From: Candidatus Bathyarchaeota archaeon
Lineage (GTDB): Archaea; Thermoproteota; Bathyarchaeia; Bathyarchaeales; Bathycorpusculaceae
Direction of reading: 5' to 3'
Length of the DNA stretch: 64,000 nt
Assembly: GCA_003141855.1 (NCBI GenBank)
Contig: PLNS01000013.1
Location: 21,370 to 85,369 of the forward strand
Part shown: in pieces, positions 59,629-64,000 of the stretch
Layout of the letters: each line of letters begins with the position of its first letter
Position numbering within the stretch: the stretch's first letter is position 1
Translations under genes and position numbers: made by a program
Notes under the pieces: model-generated
The model's input: the letters and a program-made list of their open reading frames with translations, nothing else
What the model was told of the DNA's origin: nothing
The model's database searches: none

Positions 59629-59664
59629 AAAATGAAGGGTTGCAGCTATAACGCTGCTATAGAT

Positions 59665-61074
<1,410 letters not shown>

Positions 61075-61084
61075 TTACACAAAC

Positions 61085-61639
61085 ATGTTCCCCGCACTAG
61101 AAGACATCGCCAAACGCCGAAGACAACTAGGCCTAAAACAGTCACAGCTAGCCAAAATGGCGGGCGTAAGCCAATCCCTAATCGCCAAACTCGAAGCAGG
61201 AACCATCGACTCATCCTACACCAAAGTAAAAACCATCTTCGACGTGCTTGAGCGATTAGAATTCAAAACGAAGGTTCAAGCAGAAAAAATTCTCCACAAC
61301 GAAGTCGTAGCTGTCCAAAAAAGCGATCCAATCTCCAAAGTGGTGAACATGATGAAAGAACACGGGTATTCTCAGATTCCCGTTTTTGAAGGAAAACAAT
61401 CCGTGGGAAGCGTATCAGAAAAAGCTATCCTGCGACAAATTTTATCAGGGAAAGATTTAGAAGAAATCTCCAAGTTGCCAACTGGGGAAATTATGGAAGA
61501 AGCTTTTCCACAGATAAATGAGGATGCTCCTTTGCCGTTGATTACGAGTCTTTTGCAGACTTATTCGGCTGTTTTGGTCTCCAGAAAAGGCATCATAATA
61601 GGCATAATTACGAAGGCTGACTTGCTGCGAATGCTTTAA
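61085..61639 (+). CDS. XRE-HTH plus CBS-pair transcriptional regulator
   Basis: RRRQLGLKQSQLAKMAGVSQSLIAKLE; YSQIPV; GIITKADLL. Confidence 0.9.
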   Translation: MFPALEDIAKRRRQLGLKQSQLAKMAGVSQSLIAKLEAGTIDSSYTKVKTIFDVLERLEFKTKVQAEKILHNEVVAVQKSDPISKVVNMMKEHGYSQIPVFEGKQSVGSVSEKAILRQILSGKDLEEISKLPTGEIMEEAFPQINEDAPLPLITSLLQTYSAVLVSRKGIIIGIITKADLLRML

Positions 61640-61844
61640 GCCCTAGCCTTCTCCACAAGCTAAACCCGTCATTGCTTTCACGTATTTTGAAGCGTCTTCT
61701 TTTGTACTGAAAGGTCCATAAATAAAGTCGTATTGCGGGTGCGTTTCCTTGGTTGGTGCAGCATCTAATTCTAAGAGTTCAGGTCTTTTGTTTTCTTTAA
61801 ACCCTATGTAAATCACTTAGCCTTTTCCTCCAAGGGGATAGCTG

Positions 61845-62201
61845 TCAAATATAATATTCAGGGTTTGAGCCTTCAGACTTTACGTCATCTTTCTTGCAAA
61901 AAGTGGCACAAAGCCTACAAAAGTCAAAGGTTACATCGCCAACGCCTATCTCTTTATTCACAATCTTTCGGGCAGTTTCATCTGCCATAGCTTGAATTTT
62001 AGGCAGGTACTGCTCAACATGCTCGATGCCTTTGTAGGCGCGTTTTGAACTTAGGTATTGACTTACGGCGGCTTGGGTGGTGCCGAGTTTTTTGGCTGCT
62101 TCGGTTTGGGAAAAATTGTATTTCTGCACGAGTTCTTTGGCAAGCATTGACCTGTAGATTGGGAGGACGTATTTGCCGATTATTTCGCATTGAGGATCCA
62201 T
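61845..62201 (-). CDS. Archaeal HTH transcriptional regulator
   Basis: SQTEAAKKLGTTQAAVSQYLS; conserved Cys residues. Confidence 0.8.
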   Translation of the reverse strand: MDPQCEIIGKYVLPIYRSMLAKELVQKYNFSQTEAAKKLGTTQAAVSQYLSSKRAYKGIEHVEQYLPKIQAMADETARKIVNKEIGVGDVTFDFCRLCATFCKKDDVKSEGSNPEYYI

Positions 62202-62401
62202 GTTTATCGCCTTGTCTATAACACTCTTATATTAATAAAATCTTTCTGAAACATTATGCCATTTGCCATCCTGGGCGCATGACCGGATTGGGAACATTGT
62301 GAACTGCTACGCACCTAATAGGAACAGGAAAAGAAAAGGCACCATAACGCCTCCAACATAACCTTATTACCATAGCACCCTCAAAATATATTGGTGTTTT
62401 T

Positions 62402-62833
62402 TTGAGTTTTAAAGAAAACATGAGATTAATGACCACTTTAGATGACGCTTGGAACAATCAAGATTGGGAAACATTCAAGAAACGCCACGCTGAAAACGTC
62501 ATTGTCCACTGGCCGGGTCAACCCCAGCCCACCAAAGGTCGAGAGTCACATCACAAAGAATCTGTTGAATTCTTCAAAACATTCGACAATAAACTCGTTA
62601 ATAATCCCTACAAGATTCTTTTCGCCGATGGCAATTACACCTGTTCAGTCGCCGACTGGACAGCAACCATGATAGGACCCATGAAGATGCCTGATGGAAA
62701 AGTCATTCAACCCACCCACAAAACCGCTAAACTTGAATTTTGCACCGTTGCAACTTGGAAAAACAATGAAATCACAGAAGAACGCCTCTTCTACGATGTT
62801 GCGGGCATGATGAAACAGCTCGGACTAACATAA
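62402..62833 (+). CDS. SnoaL-like / ester cyclase family protein
   Basis: DDAWN..DW, G..K..C.V.....KI.EER.FYD. Confidence 0.85.
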   Translation: MSFKENMRLMTTLDDAWNNQDWETFKKRHAENVIVHWPGQPQPTKGRESHHKESVEFFKTFDNKLVNNPYKILFADGNYTCSVADWTATMIGPMKMPDGKVIQPTHKTAKLEFCTVATWKNNEITEERLFYDVAGMMKQLGLT

Positions 62834-62884
62834 TCAGCCAAAACTTTAAAGAAAGAAAAGGAAAAGAAGGCAAATCTTTCCCGC

Positions 62885-63388
62885 TTATTCGATTGCTAGT
62901 TTTTTTGTTTCTTTAGGTTCCTTCTTGGGCAACGTAATCTCGAGTATGCCGCTGTTGAGGTTTGCTTTCGCGTCATCTGACCGTACTTCTTCAGGCAGCG
63001 GAATTCTTCTGTAGAAGGTTTGGGCGGCTCTTTCACGGCGAACATAGTTTCTTTTTTTCTCTTCTTCTTCGATGGTTTTTTTCGCATGAATCACCACCGA
63101 ATCATCGCTAACCTCGATTTCCACATTCTCCTTGCTAAAGCCAGGCAAGTCAACAGTCAAACGGAAATCTTTCCCACGGTCCTCAAGGTCTACCGAAGGC
63201 ATCATCGTTTCCTTGAAAGGCATCATTGGAAAACCGTGCCTCCACCGCATTCCATGACCCCACCGCGAGGGCGTCTCCCAGAAATCTTCAAATTCATGTT
63301 GGAAACTCTTCATCATTCTGTCAAAATCTCGATGAATCTCACTGGAAGAGTAAGGAACCATGCCTTCTTCCGCTTTCTTTTTTACCAT
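62885..63388 (-). CDS. hsp20: Small heat-shock protein (Hsp20/alpha-crystallin)
   Basis: VDLPGFSKENVEI, FYRRIPLP, A.LNSGILEITLPK. Confidence 0.92.
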   Translation of the reverse strand: MVKKKAEEGMVPYSSSEIHRDFDRMMKSFQHEFEDFWETPSRWGHGMRWRHGFPMMPFKETMMPSVDLEDRGKDFRLTVDLPGFSKENVEIEVSDDSVVIHAKKTIEEEEKKRNYVRRERAAQTFYRRIPLPEEVRSDDAKANLNSGILEITLPKKEPKETKKLAIE

Positions 63389-63531
63389 ATCAGCCTTTTT
63401 CTCTTTTCCACTGTAGTAGTAATACATTTTCTTCTTATCTTCAGACAAAACTTTCACCTCCCATTACACCAAAATTTTCTCGTGGTTAACAATCTGGCAT
63501 CCGCCAAGCGCAACAAAAAGCAGTTAACAAA

Positions 63532-63774
63532 TTATGAGCCAGACAAAGTTCCGACTACTTTCATTCTATCCATAACTTCTCCATTATGGGGCGCAATTTC
63601 CATTTCCTCAGTTAAATCTTGCCCTGCCATATGCCCTGTATGATCTCCAACAACCCATTGGTCAGAGTCAGTTACATCATACACCTTGCCTTTGTAGCCG
63701 ACGTAGGCAGGTTTACCGTTCTTTCCGTTAAACTGGCTCAGCTCGTTTTGGGTAAATGTTTTGGTATCTTCCAA
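63532..63774 (-). CDS. Cytochrome b5-like heme/steroid-binding protein
   Basis: ELSQFNGKNG, GKVYDVT, H.AGQDLT, APH. Confidence 0.88.
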   Translation of the reverse strand: MEDTKTFTQNELSQFNGKNGKPAYVGYKGKVYDVTDSDQWVVGDHTGHMAGQDLTEEMEIAPHNGEVMDRMKVVGTLSGS

Positions 63775-64000
63775 CGCCGTGCACTGCCTTGGTTCCTTGA
63801 TTAGAATTTGCGTTTGGAAGCTATAACCCTCTGTGGGTGTGAATCAGCAATCACAAAAACAAGGATTTTCTTTATCTTAAGAGGACAGATAGTTTTATAA
63901 CAAGAACAAACATACATGCAATCATTAAACTGGATGATAAATATGCCCGCCGTTCCAAATTTACTAAACATATGTAGCAGGCACAGGTTCCGAGTAGAAA

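Noticed and set aside
63943-64000. CDS starting at the window end
   Set aside because: Only 19 codons visible; cannot be supported.

Overview
Archaeal genomic window. Gene families, TATA/BRE-type promoters, GGTGA/GGAGG RBSs and TTG/GTG starts fit Bathyarchaeia best (inference, no search run). I found no rRNA, intact tRNA, CRISPR array or integrase. Bases ~1-52 kb are an accessory, surface/sensing region with signal-peptide and membrane-anchored proteins, six membrane-tethered winged-helix regulators, one IS5-like element, an AbiE-type toxin-antitoxin pair, an excisionase-like gene, a PAS histidine kinase, a BlaI/peptidase-regulated MacB-type ABC locus and many mobile-element relics. Bases ~52-64 kb are more ordinary (flippase-like, TRAM, OYE, SDR, VapBC, metY-metX-metW, HTH-CBS, SnoaL, Hsp20, cytochrome b5-like). 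Most notable: (1) an operon in which one HTH protein is followed by at least five unrelated membrane proteins sharing only an N-terminal RIRGW[FLI]PxEP peptide; (2) two palindromic regulons (TGTTCT-N6-AGAACA and TTGAC-N10-GTCAA), each clustered around its own family of wHTH-TM regulators; (3) a BlaI/BlaR-like switch with three TACCAT-N5-ATGGTA operators and an ACG at the expected start; (4) four paralogs of an uncharacterised TIM-barrel-like surface protein with a variable insert and an 84-bp gene-conversion-like tract; (5) a repeated hairpin element with a compensatory base change, plus degenerate tRNA-3' (att-like) relics.
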